From assembly GCA_965205485.1 (NCBI GenBank), contig OZ242180.1, forward strand, positions 32,001 to 96,000: a DNA stretch of 64,000 nt, given 5' to 3'. Positions within the stretch are counted from its first letter, which is position 1. Every line of letters begins with the position of its first letter. This document shows positions 1-9,458 of the stretch, piece after piece. Made by a program: the position numbers and the translations under genes. The stretch comes from Candidatus Latescibacterota bacterium (lineage in GTDB: Bacteria > Latescibacterota > UBA2968 > GCA-2709665). The notes beneath the pieces are model-generated. The model did not search any database. It saw only the letters and a list, made by a program, of their open reading frames with translations, and was not told the origin of the DNA.

Positions 1-1378
1 AATACACGGTGCGGCGCGATCGGTCCGGGAATACTTCCAGCGTCTCCCCCGATTGGTTTTTCTGTATCTTTCGTCCATCCGGATACTGTTCAATCGTCGT
101 GCCGTCGTTCATCCGCGTAAACTGACGGCCGTTCGCGAAGACCCGTATCCGGTGCCCCTCAGGCGTTATTGCAATGACGCTTCCGTCCGGATAACGCGTC
201 TCTCTCACCCCGCCGGGAACCACATTTTCCACCCTTCCGTCCGGATACCGCACATGCCGCGTTCCATCCGGGAATACCGTCCGTTCCACGCCGCCGGTTT
301 CCACCGTGCGCACGGTTCCGCTGGCAAATCGGTGCTCCCGCCGTCCATCCGGAAATATCGTCATCCGGTTCCCCGACGCATGCCTCCATTCCTGACGGCC
401 GTCTCCGTACACACGGTGCCGGTTGCCGCCGGTGTCTACGTACACCATCCGGCCGTCCGGATACGACCTCCTCATGCCTCCCAGCGCATCTTCGAATTGG
501 ACCGAACCGTCCGGAAACCGCGTTTCCCGCGTCTTATCGGGAAACTGCGTCACAATTTTCCCGTCGGCATAGCGCCACCGCTGCCTTCCGTCCGGAAACG
601 TCGTCCATACCCGGCCGTCATCGTAATGGCGTTTCCGCACGCCATCACCGGGATGCGACGCATTCTTCGGCCTGAGCCAGACACCGGCCTGCACCCGGAA
701 ATGGCCTTCGGGCGGCAGGTGTGCCCGTTCGCCTGCCCTGAACGTCGACGTCCTGAACATATAGCCGTGAACCGCAGCCGCGTCTTCCAGCGTCTCGAGG
801 TCCGCAACCGGAAACCCGGTCGCAGGGAGAAGCGATCCGTACCGATCGGGATGCATTGTAATATAAAGGTATTGAAACGGACCTGCCGCGCCCCCGGAAG
901 CACGCCGGGTCACCTCCCCGTTCCCGAACACCACCGCCGCCACGACCCCTCGCTGCGTCGTTCCGAGCGCCGCTTTGCCAAGCTCCATACGATAGGTGTG
1001 GTCCTTCCCCTCCAGCCGCAGGTCCCTGACCGCCACCACCGTATCGAATCGGACCCGATACGACTTCAGTGGCACCGTGATCAGGTCGCCCGGCAATGGG
1101 ACCGGGGCGTCTTCGACCGCCCATTTCAGGACGTTGCCGTGCGGCCCGGCTACCACGCTGTCCGCCGCATCACGGGCCAGAGCGACGCGGCCCGTATCCG
1201 CTTCGGCCAGATATCCGCCCGCCGCGGCCACGTAATTCTCCGGTTTCCAATCCGAACGGAATCCGACGTCGCCCGGCCGGCTTACCGCGCCCGACACGGT
1301 CACGGTTTCCCTGGGCGAACACGCGGCGAGGTTCAGCAGAAGCAGGATGACAATCGAGTTCGGTACTTGAGATCCCAT
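1..1378 (-). CDS. Partial lipoprotein with SLBB-like domain and long (F/Y)PDG beta-repeat region; runs off the left edge
   Basis: Not in the ORF track. Translated by hand from ATG at 1378: MGSQVPNSIVILLLLNLAAC (lipobox LAAC), then VTVSGAVSRPG...YVAAAGGY (SLBB-like), then many TTFPDGRQ/TRYPDGSV/EQYPDGRK repeats. Frame is open to position 1. Confidence 0.75.
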   Translation of the reverse strand, partial: MGSQVPNSIVILLLLNLAACSPRETVTVSGAVSRPGDVGFRSDWKPENYVAAAGGYLAEADTGRVALARDAADSVVAGPHGNVLKWAVEDAPVPLPGDLITVPLKSYRVRFDTVVAVRDLRLEGKDHTYRMELGKAALGTTQRGVVAAVVFGNGEVTRRASGGAAGPFQYLYITMHPDRYGSLLPATGFPVADLETLEDAAAVHGYMFRTSTFRAGERAHLPPEGHFRVQAGVWLRPKNASHPGDGVRKRHYDDGRVWTTFPDGRQRWRYADGKIVTQFPDKTRETRFPDGSVQFEDALGGMRRSYPDGRMVYVDTGGNRHRVYGDGRQEWRHASGNRMTIFPDGRREHRFASGTVRTVETGGVERTVFPDGTRHVRYPDGRVENVVPGGVRETRYPDGSVIAITPEGHRIRVFANGRQFTRMNDGTTIEQYPDGRKIQKNQSGETLEVFPDRSRRTVY

Positions 1379-1565
1379 ATTGTATCCAGCGATAGGTGTA
1401 CGGTAGTCAGGTAACGTCGAAAATCAACTCACACGAAGACACGAAGGAAAAACAAGCGATAAGCTGTCAGCGTTCAGTCGTCAGCCAAGATCAAAAACAA
1501 AACCAAATTCAATATCCCCTTTCCCAAATTCCCTGCCTACGGCGTGTTCCTCAAAAACGGGGAGA

Positions 1566-1711
1566 CGGGAGAGGACCACGCCACCACCCCGCCGCTATCT
1601 ATAGACACACGTCCTGAGGCATCGGTTCAGAAAACCTGCCAAAGGCACCAAAGTGGTTAGAGGGGAGCCGTGAGCCGGGAGAAGAAGCCCTTGCCCGATT
1701 GGTTCCTCCCG
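1566..1711 (-). ncRNA. Candidate structured ncRNA, 6S RNA-like
   Basis: Ends pair (CGGGAGAGGACCA 1566-1578 with TGGTTCCTCCCG 1700-1711). The minus strand has GGCTCCCCT, CTGAACC...TCAGG and GCGGCGG segments reminiscent of 6S RNA, with a T-run downstream. Intergenic if the NnrS start is at 1885. Confidence 0.4.
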
Positions 1712-1884
1712 CTTGCCTCGGGCCTGAGTTGAAACATAACAGGCAGACGAAGTCTACCCTCTTACCTCTTACGTCTACCCGATTTTTCGAAAGAGGTTGC
1801 GGAATCTTACGAACCGGTTTAATTATCGGGTGCGCGATCGTCACAGATTCGAATCGTCTCTTCTCCCAACTCGAGGAAACAACC

Positions 1885-3306
1885 CTGTCGGAAAGCCAGA
1901 CACGCAGTCACACCCCATTCCACTTCGGCTTTGTGCTGGCGTCGCTGGCCGTTGCGCTGACGGTCGGATTCGGCTACGCCGCCGTTCTGGCCGTGCTGAT
2001 CGGCTTCCAGTGGCCCATGGGCAACTGGTGGGTCGCCATGCTCCAGGCCCACGGCCACGCCCAACTCCTGGGCTGGATCGGCCTTTTCATCATTGGCGTA
2101 AGCCTCTATTTCCTGCCCCGTCTGGCCGGTACGCCCCTGCGCCATCCCCGGCTTCCCGCCTGGATTCTCTCTCTTCTTGGTACCGGTATCTTCATCCGAG
2201 CGGTCTCACAGCCGCTGCTGGCCACGGGACTTGAGGGCTCGTTACATACCGGCCTGCGATGGACGCTGGGCTTCTCCGCGTGTTTGGAAACCGCGGGCGT
2301 CTTCTGTTATCTCTTCCTGCTGGTCGGTACCTTACGCGGCGCCGCGCCGGACCGCCCCGCGCTGCAGACCGTTCGCATCTTCCTGGCCATCACCGTTGCC
2401 GGATGGGCGTTGTATTCATTGCTCGCCGCCACGCTCGCGCTGCAAGCGGGTATCCGCGACAACCCGCTTCTTCACATCGCATGGAACCGATTCGGCATCG
2501 AGTTATTCACGGGATTCGTCATCCTGCCGACGGCGATGGCGTTTTCCGTCCGCACCTTTCCGCTCTACCTGCGCCTGCCCGCCGTCCACTGGCCCGTCGC
2601 ACGTTACGGTCAGGTCTATCTCCTGGCGCTCATCCTGATCCACGTGCCCGTACTGGCGGAACTCACGGGCATGTCCTTCGCATCGTCTCTAGCCCATCTC
2701 TCGCCCATCGGAAAAGTAATCCGAGGTGGAATCCTCCTCCTGTTCATCTGGAAACTGGACATTCTCTTTCGCTGGTATCCTCCGTGGACCGTACACCGGA
2801 TCGGCGAACCCGGGCCCGACAGACGCCCCACACGACCCGGCCTGCCGGACTATGGCGAATTCGGCCGGTTCGAACTCCTGCTCTATGCCGCGTTCGCCTT
2901 CCTGGCGCTGGCCGCGGCGGTAGAACTGCTGGATGGCGCGTTCGTCCTCTTTCGAACGGCGTCACCATTCGATCCTGACGCATTGCGCCACACGCATCTT
3001 GCGGGGTTCATCACCCTCCTTCTGCTGGGCATGGCGCCCCGAATGGTTCCTGGTTTCCTCCACAAACGCAGAGTCGCCTTTCCGGGTCTGGTGGTTGCCA
3101 CCTTTGTATTCGCGACCGCTGCCGCGCTTTGCCGCATCGCGCCGCTGCTCCTGGCGGAGATTCTGCACAGGGTTCCCGGTGGCTTGACGGTCTCGATGAC
3201 CGCATTCGGGATTTCCGGAGTCCTCGGGTGGCTGGCGGCGGCGGTGCTGGCATACAATCTCTTGCAGACCTGGCGCAATCCCGCCGCCGATACCCGCGAG
3301 TCCTGA
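1885..3306 (+). CDS. NnrS-like polytopic membrane protein
   Basis: Many TM helices; HGHAQLLGW...LPRL and DALRHTHLAGF...APRMVP motifs. Start uncertain (GAGG SD before CTG at 1885; track ORF starts at 1699). Confidence 0.7.
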   Translation: MSESQTRSHTPFHFGFVLASLAVALTVGFGYAAVLAVLIGFQWPMGNWWVAMLQAHGHAQLLGWIGLFIIGVSLYFLPRLAGTPLRHPRLPAWILSLLGTGIFIRAVSQPLLATGLEGSLHTGLRWTLGFSACLETAGVFCYLFLLVGTLRGAAPDRPALQTVRIFLAITVAGWALYSLLAATLALQAGIRDNPLLHIAWNRFGIELFTGFVILPTAMAFSVRTFPLYLRLPAVHWPVARYGQVYLLALILIHVPVLAELTGMSFASSLAHLSPIGKVIRGGILLLFIWKLDILFRWYPPWTVHRIGEPGPDRRPTRPGLPDYGEFGRFELLLYAAFAFLALAAAVELLDGAFVLFRTASPFDPDALRHTHLAGFITLLLLGMAPRMVPGFLHKRRVAFPGLVVATFVFATAAALCRIAPLLLAEILHRVPGGLTVSMTAFGISGVLGWLAAAVLAYNLLQTWRNPAADTRES

Positions 3307-3371
3307 GAGGCAGAAAAAAACGCTCCCGGCGGCGGAAGCCGCACAGAAGCGTTTCGATGGATTGCCGTCGC

Positions 3372-3683
3372 TCAATTCCGCGCGGCCGCGGGAACCCGCG
3401 GCCTGCGTTGCCTTTCCTTGACCCGCTTGAGCTGTCGTATCATCTTGTCGATCGCGCCCCCAAGCGCCGGATGGACGACATCCTGTTCGTCGGTGGCTTT
3501 CAGGATGTGGTTGTGCACGTGAACCACGATTTCAACCCGGTACATCCGGTTCTCACGCTCCAGTGTTATCCGCGTGTCCAGTATCGGTTCATAAAACTGT
3601 TTCAGTTTTTCTGTTTCTTTTTCGATATACTCCCGCAAGCGGCCGGACACCTCGAAGTGCTTCCCCCTGATTTCAGTTTTCAT
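3372..3683 (-). CDS. hpf: Ribosome hibernation promoting factor (short HPF/RaiA)
   Basis: MKTEIRGKHFEVSGRLREYIEKETEKL...AIDKMIRQLKRVKER; SD AAGGAGG upstream of ATG at 3683. Confidence 0.85.
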   Translation of the reverse strand: MKTEIRGKHFEVSGRLREYIEKETEKLKQFYEPILDTRITLERENRMYRVEIVVHVHNHILKATDEQDVVHPALGGAIDKMIRQLKRVKERQRRPRVPAAARN

Positions 3684-3701
3684 CGCCACCTCCTTGCATA
3701 T

Positions 3702-3861
3702 CAGCCCGTTGAAAAAGTCCATCCGGGCTACGGCCGGCCCTTGCGGTCGAAATACTGCGTTACGCTCCCTCGCCGAATCGCAGGATGGGACTCGGTCGCG
3801 CGCCTTGTCTTCGACCACAATGCCTCGGCCTCGCCTACAGAGCGACTTTCTCAACGGACTG
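3702..3861. mobile_element. MITE copy 1 (160 bp)
   Basis: Imperfect terminal inverted repeats CAGCCCGTTGAAAAAG / CTTTCTCAACGGACTG; first ~120 bp nearly identical to 4769-4890. Confidence 0.75.
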
Positions 3862-3874
3862 CATGGTTACACCG

Positions 3875-4735
3875 TCAACCGCCGACTTCAACTCGGGTAC
3901 CTGCATTTCCCGATGCACCGCCGTGCTTCTCCAACCAGATTTCCGTTGCGACCGCGCACGGACCAACCAGGAAAAGCGCGTAGAACGGGGCATAAACCTG
4001 TTCAAACAGCCGCAACACGGCCTCGATCACAGCCACGGAAAGCGCGACCCAGCACTGGCCACGCCTTGTCTTAACCGTCGTCTTGGGATCCGTAATCATA
4101 AAAAAAATAAACAGTTGGTACATCGGACCGGTTATGGGCGCCACGCCGGCCAGATACGCCTGCCCCGTAACAAGACTTCGTACAAATCCAAGCGCCAGAA
4201 AACTTATCACGTACGTCAGGCAGATGTGCAGCCGGTTTACCCGCCAGACCGCCATCCAGCCAAATACCCAGATCACCAGCATGACCCAGACGGCATTACC
4301 CCACTGAATGCTCAGTCCCGCCGCCATTTCCGGCGCAAGGAAGAAAATCGCGCTCACGCCGAGATTGGAGGGGTTCCAGAGATGCCGCCCGCGCCAGCGG
4401 ATCACATACTTGGACAGGATCGAAACCGCGCTGCAAAGCGCATAGGGCCAGAGCCAGAGCGAGCGGATCAGAATCCCCACGCTGATTCCGGTGATGTATC
4501 CGCTCACGAAATTCGGTTTGCGGCTCCCGTGCAGCCGACCCAGCAGGGCCTCCACGCCAACCGCGACCCCGATGGCCAATGCCGTTTTTGACAGACCCTC
4601 CAGAATTCCATAGGTGATCTGGCTGCCAATCAATATGCAGGTGATGAGCGCCGGCGGCAGGAATCGATGACCGTCGGCAGACCACCACGTACGTATCGAC
4701 GTCGGGTGTGAAGCCAGGTCCGTGTCCGTTGTCAA
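3875..4735 (-). CDS. RnfD/NqrB-like (UnbU-like) membrane protein
   Basis: SKYVIRWRGRHLWNPSNLG and FIFFMITDPKT motifs; TTG start at 4735 with GGAGG SD. Confidence 0.7.
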   Translation of the reverse strand: MTTDTDLASHPTSIRTWWSADGHRFLPPALITCILIGSQITYGILEGLSKTALAIGVAVGVEALLGRLHGSRKPNFVSGYITGISVGILIRSLWLWPYALCSAVSILSKYVIRWRGRHLWNPSNLGVSAIFFLAPEMAAGLSIQWGNAVWVMLVIWVFGWMAVWRVNRLHICLTYVISFLALGFVRSLVTGQAYLAGVAPITGPMYQLFIFFMITDPKTTVKTRRGQCWVALSVAVIEAVLRLFEQVYAPFYALFLVGPCAVATEIWLEKHGGASGNAGTRVEVGG

Positions 4736-4768
4736 CCCAACACCTCCGTTCGACGCGCCGCCTGCTAA

Positions 4769-5096
4769 CAGCCCGTTGAAAAAGCCCATCCGGGCTACGG
4801 TCGGCCCGTGCGGTCGAAATACTGCGTTGCGCTCCCTCGCCGAATCGAGTGATGGGACTCGGTCGCGCGCCTTGTCTTCGACCACAATGGCAAGTGTTCC
4901 GACCCGGAAATAGATTGCCGAAATTCGACCGCCGAGTCGCCCGGCTGGCAAGGCGCCTGAGCAAGGCGACCTGCTTACGGTCGCCGAGCGAAGGCAACGC
5001 CGCCAGACGGGATGAATCGGCGGATGAATGGTGACATATTTCCGGGACGGGACACCATGCCTCGCCTGCAGAACGACTTTATTTATCAACGGACTG
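4769..5096. mobile_element. MITE copy 2 (328 bp) with CTAA target duplication
   Basis: Same terminal inverted repeats as copy 1; CTAA at 4765-4768 and 5097-5100. Confidence 0.8.
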
Positions 5097-5333
5097 CTAA
5101 GGCCCACGATTCCAAGTAAGTACAAAATTCCGTCGCGGGCAACCCAAAAAGCGGGGCGGGCGAACCGGGGAGCTTTCGTCTTTCACAAGCAAATCGATTC
5201 CCCTATCTTTCTGCCATCGCCCGAGGCCCGACTGACAGGGACCACGGACGGCGTCAGTGTTATCGTCTCGTGTAATTTTATACGCGTGCGGGTGCGATCC
5301 GGTTTCCTCCTGCATCTCCCAACCGCCCCGCAG

Positions 5334-5512
5334 ACCTCTCTCCCCGGCCCTCTCTCCTAAAGGAAAGAGGGAGAAAGGCCGGACGTCGGTTCGCCGGTTT
5401 TCGATAGGGACTCTCATTGAATGGAAATCGCCATCCCGGAACGTTTGCAAGCCCGGTACATCCACCTGTTACCGTTCCCCCTTCCTTTAGGAAGGGGGCC
5501 AGGGGGTAGGTC
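5334..5512. repeat. Two REP-like palindromes
   Basis: CCCTCTCTCCTAAAGGAAAGAGGG and CCCCCTTCCTTTAGGAAGGGGG hairpins in the intergenic region. Confidence 0.5.
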
Positions 5513-5572
5513 CGAAACGCGGTGAATGAACACCGCAATCGGATGCAAGACTTGACCTGAAAGGACACGTCA

Positions 5573-6691
5573 ATGCCGAAAGTCCTCCTACTGGGCGGCT
5601 TCCTGCCCGGTCAATCCCTCTGGAGCATTCAGCAGGGCTTCAAAAGCATCGGATACGACGTCCTCTATCAACCCACGCGCGGTTGTATCGAGGCGAATCT
5701 CGACGCGGACATCGCGCTGGCGAAGGAAGAGGCCGACATCATCCCTCCTCATGATACGTGGAACCTGAAATACAGGGACATCGGCGCATTCCGGGAAGGT
5801 CTGTTCAGAACCATTATCGAACACGAACCGGAAATGCTCATCTGGTGGTTCAGCAAGGACGACCGGCCGCCCGGGCTCATCGGCGAACTGCGGGAACGAT
5901 TTCCCTGGTGCAAAACCGTAACCCATACTCAGGACGATCCGTGGGACCTCCTCCGAAGCCCTCAATTCACCCGGGAGTTCGAATTTGCCGCGACGTGCTG
6001 CAGGGAGAGCGTGAATGTCTACGCAGAACGTGGAATCAAGGCCATCGTACTCTATCCCCCGCCGGCAATGGAACTGCATCGTTTCGCCAGGCCGGCGCGA
6101 CACGAGGAATGTGACTTCTCCGTCACCATCATGTCGCTATACACAAAAGAGGGCGGCAGCCCGGAAGAGTACCTGGAATCGGAAGACCTGGTCAAACGGA
6201 TCACCCACACCATCCCCTTTCCCCGGCAGCGAGCGTTGAGACAGGAAGTCGTCGCCGCGCTCAAAGACCTGGGCAGGGTCCACGTATACGGGGGACTGGG
6301 TTTCGGCACGTTCCAGGACCTGCCCAGATATTCCTACCGCGGCTTTCGGAGTTACATGGAGCTACCGGGCGTGTACAGGGCCTCCAGGATCAATGTAAAC
6401 CAGCACAATTCGCCGGACGCCAACGGTTACCTGAATCAGCGGGACACCGCGATTACAGGCAGCGGCGGATTCATGCTGACCGATTACGTGGCTGGCATCG
6501 AGGAAGTCTTCGAAATCGGCACGGAAATTGACACATGGACCGACCTGGAGGAACTCCGGCACAAGGCGCGATGGTGGCTGGAACACGAAACCCAGCGGAA
6601 GAACGCCGCGGCGCGGGCGCAGGACCGGATCCTCAAGGAGTACGGCAACGTGGCATACGCCCGGAAACTCTCGGAATTCGTCAGGGCATGA
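5573..6691 (+). CDS. CgeB/YkvP-like glycosyltransferase (GT-B)
   Basis: YRASRINVN...LNQRDTAITGSGGFMLTD...EEVFEIGTEI C-terminal signature. Confidence 0.75.
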   Translation: MPKVLLLGGFLPGQSLWSIQQGFKSIGYDVLYQPTRGCIEANLDADIALAKEEADIIPPHDTWNLKYRDIGAFREGLFRTIIEHEPEMLIWWFSKDDRPPGLIGELRERFPWCKTVTHTQDDPWDLLRSPQFTREFEFAATCCRESVNVYAERGIKAIVLYPPPAMELHRFARPARHEECDFSVTIMSLYTKEGGSPEEYLESEDLVKRITHTIPFPRQRALRQEVVAALKDLGRVHVYGGLGFGTFQDLPRYSYRGFRSYMELPGVYRASRINVNQHNSPDANGYLNQRDTAITGSGGFMLTDYVAGIEEVFEIGTEIDTWTDLEELRHKARWWLEHETQRKNAAARAQDRILKEYGNVAYARKLSEFVRA

Positions 6692-6726
6692 AGCTCACTT
6701 TCCACTCCCTTCCGGTGGATTCCTGT

Positions 6727-6768
6727 AAAAAACGCCCGCGGATGCGATGGTCCGGGGCGTTTGTCTTT
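6727..6768. terminator. Probable bidirectional intrinsic terminator
   Basis: AAAAAACGCCC...GGGCGTTT hairpin between convergent genes. Confidence 0.5.
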
Positions 6769-6783
6769 CCGTGTGCAGCCGGC

Positions 6784-7653
6784 CTATCCCGGCACGGATT
6801 CACCCAGAATACGCAACGCGTTCCGATAGGTTATCTTGTCGTACGCGTCTTTGGGCAATGACAGCCCCTGGAAGAAATCCATCAGCGCCGTGTCGAAATA
6901 GTCGCGCCCCCACAGCAGTTTATCCTGAAACTCAACGAGGAATTTCGTTCCGGTTTCCGGGTCCCGCTTGAGCGCGTTGAGCGCGGAACCGGCGGACAGG
7001 TCCGCCCACAAATTGTCGTACCGGCGCATCATATCCCACAGTTTTCCGCCCGGAAGTACCGGCGCATCCGGATACGACTGCTTGTCGTAAAGATCGTCTC
7101 CCGAAATATGCGCCCAGAATCCCGGCGCATGTCCGATAAAGGTCGTTTCCGGACAGGCCGCGATCGCACGCTCGAACGCCTCGATACTCCCGCCGTACCA
7201 ATAGTTCGGCCTGGGATAGTTTCCCCGGCCATGGTTGATGGGATAGTCGAGGTGGATTGTAATGGGCAATTTCATTTCGGCGCACGCATTATAGAGCTGA
7301 ATCGCATCCGGGTCGTCGAACAGGACGCGCACTTTCATCTCGCTGGCAACCTGGATGCCGTGAATCTCATGCGCCGCACGAAGGCGGTCGGCGGCGTCCG
7401 GCCGCTTCGGATGCGGGAAATAGCCCAGTACGAAGCGGTCGCGCGCCTCCCTTCCCACCTGAAGCACATCCTCCAGCGGAATGCCCGTCCCGCCGGGAGG
7501 CAGCGCCTTGTGATAGGACGGATCGTATTCGTCTTCCGGCACCTCCCAGGTAAACAGCCACATCCTGTCAATGCCCTGTTCATCCATGTTGTTGAGAATT
7601 CGCCTTGCATCGTAGCCGTGCCAGTTGGGATGGTTGTGTGCGTCAATCAACAT
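6784..7653 (-). CDS. Amidohydrolase family 2 protein
   Basis: IDAHNH (HxH), ITIH, FIGHA, LLWGRDY, NALRIL. Confidence 0.8.
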   Translation of the reverse strand: MLIDAHNHPNWHGYDARRILNNMDEQGIDRMWLFTWEVPEDEYDPSYHKALPPGGTGIPLEDVLQVGREARDRFVLGYFPHPKRPDAADRLRAAHEIHGIQVASEMKVRVLFDDPDAIQLYNACAEMKLPITIHLDYPINHGRGNYPRPNYWYGGSIEAFERAIAACPETTFIGHAPGFWAHISGDDLYDKQSYPDAPVLPGGKLWDMMRRYDNLWADLSAGSALNALKRDPETGTKFLVEFQDKLLWGRDYFDTALMDFFQGLSLPKDAYDKITYRNALRILGESVPG

Positions 7654-7769
7654 CTTGTCATACCTCCTTAGCGAAAATTCACACGCGGCGACATGGGAAG
7701 TCTCGGGTTACTGTCCTGGTTGGCGACAAGAAGTGCTAAGGCCCTGAAGAAGATTACAGAAACTCAGCC

Positions 7770-7980
7770 GCGGAGCCGCCCGGCTGGCAAGCCACCTGAG
7801 GCCTGAGCCGCTCCCTGAGCCTGTCGAAGGGTCGGCGAGGGGCGTTGAAGAGTACCTGCCACGTCAAGAAACGCGGGCATTTCGACAAGCTCAATGACCG
7901 CGTTTCCTAGAGTCGGCTCCATAGCCTCGCCGCAAACAGCGCAGCGAGTCGGAATGAGTCGCCGGATGAATGGTAACACA
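7770..7980. repeat. Composite intergenic repeat (MITE-internal pieces plus TTCGACAAGCTCA-type REP)
   Basis: Shares CGCCCGGCTGGCAAG and GGATGAATGGT with the interior of MITE copy 2; 7803-7838 is a near-perfect inverted match to 40441-40476. Confidence 0.6.
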
Positions 7981-8160
7981 TTTTGTGTTTGGTACAGTAA
8001 GCGCAGCCATCAACATCGGAAAGCCAGGCACCGGGCACATTCGAGTCCGGAATGCGGTTGTTTCTACGCATTCCACCGGGTCTTCGTACAGTACAAACAA
8101 TCGACTTGACAAATCACCCACCGGGTAATATGGAATCCACGCTCCATTGAAAGGATTGGT

Positions 8161-9375
8161 ATGGCCACACGATCCAACGGCCGACGGGTAAACCTCGCAA
8201 TCGTTGGCTGCGGCGGCATTGCCGGAGCGCATCTCAGGGGATACGCGGAACTCATGGAGAAAGACGAGCGGCGCTTCCGCATCGTCGCAACCGTAGACGA
8301 CGTTCCGGAACGTGCCACAGCCATGGCTGAGCGAATTGAAAGCCATACCGGTCAGCGCGTAAACGCCTACCGGACCGTGGAGGAACTGCTCAACGGCGAG
8401 AAGCATCTGGACGGCGCCGATATCTGCGGGCCACACGGGATGCACCACGTGCTGGCCTGCGAGCTCCTTTCCGGCGGCGTGAACATCATCTGTGAAAAAC
8501 CCATCGGAATCACCGTAAAGGCCACGAAGAAGATAATCGCCGCCGCGAAGAAACACAAACGCATTGCAGCAACGGCCGAACAGTGCCGCCGCAGCGTCGG
8601 ACAACGCGCGATCCATTGGGCGTTCAACGCGGGGGGGCTGATGGGAAAACCGCGCTTCTGGCTGGCTGCAAGCGCGTCGTGGCAGGACCCCAAGAACATC
8701 CAGGATTGGCACTGGCGAGTCGACCGCCGGCTGGGCGGCTGCGGCATGGTGATGGACAGCGGCGCCCACTGGGTGGACACGATGCGCTACTGGTTCGGCG
8801 AAGTGCACAGTGTATACGCGCGCGTGGAGCAAATCGAAAAACGCCCGCACAGGAAAGGGAGAAGGATCGTCAACGACACACGGGAAGACTTCTGGACCAG
8901 CATTTTCAACTTCAAAAGCGGGCTTATCGGAACCTGGTCGTGGACCAACAGCGCGCCCGGCAAGGGCTTTCTGCACCTCAGCCTGACGGGCAGCAAGGGC
9001 ACGATCGTGGAATACGACATCTTTCATCCGGCAGCGGGCGCGCTCCGCGGCGAGTGCCAACTCCTCGACGGCGTTACCTACAGCATGGAACGGATTGTGG
9101 ATATGTTCAGGAAGAGCCTGAGCAGAGAAGAGAACGAGCGCCTGTTTCCCTACGGCATCACCGGCGGAATGCCGCTGGAACTCTGGGACTTTATTGACGC
9201 GATAAGCACCGGACGCAACGTGGAAATTGACGCGGAGGAAGGCCTGCGCAGCAAGGCGGTGAGCGAAGCGCTGTACGAATCGGGCAAATCAGGCGAGATC
9301 GTCAAGGTCAACGATGTGGTCAGAGGGAAGGTGAACGCCTACCAGCGCGACATCGACGAGTACTGGAATCTGTAA
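8161..9375 (+). CDS. Gfo/Idh/MocA family oxidoreductase
   Basis: IVGCGGIA, CEKP, DSGAHWVD. Confidence 0.9.
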   Translation: MATRSNGRRVNLAIVGCGGIAGAHLRGYAELMEKDERRFRIVATVDDVPERATAMAERIESHTGQRVNAYRTVEELLNGEKHLDGADICGPHGMHHVLACELLSGGVNIICEKPIGITVKATKKIIAAAKKHKRIAATAEQCRRSVGQRAIHWAFNAGGLMGKPRFWLAASASWQDPKNIQDWHWRVDRRLGGCGMVMDSGAHWVDTMRYWFGEVHSVYARVEQIEKRPHRKGRRIVNDTREDFWTSIFNFKSGLIGTWSWTNSAPGKGFLHLSLTGSKGTIVEYDIFHPAAGALRGECQLLDGVTYSMERIVDMFRKSLSREENERLFPYGITGGMPLELWDFIDAISTGRNVEIDAEEGLRSKAVSEALYESGKSGEIVKVNDVVRGKVNAYQRDIDEYWNL

Positions 9376-9408
9376 CAGTCCGTCGATAAAGTCGCTCTGT
9401 ATGCGAGG
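9376..9408 (-). mobile_element. Isolated right end of the same MITE
   Basis: CAGTCCGTCGATAAAGTCGCTCTGTATGCGAGG is the approximate reverse complement of 3829-3861 and abuts a TAA stop codon. Confidence 0.6.
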
Positions 9409-9458
9409 TAGCAAGAGGGGATGAATCGGCGGAAAAGCTGCGTTTACCTACGGTGACA

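Noticed and set aside
53..1414. 453-aa plus-strand ORF
   Set aside because: Arg/Pro-rich antisense shadow of the minus-strand lipoprotein gene.
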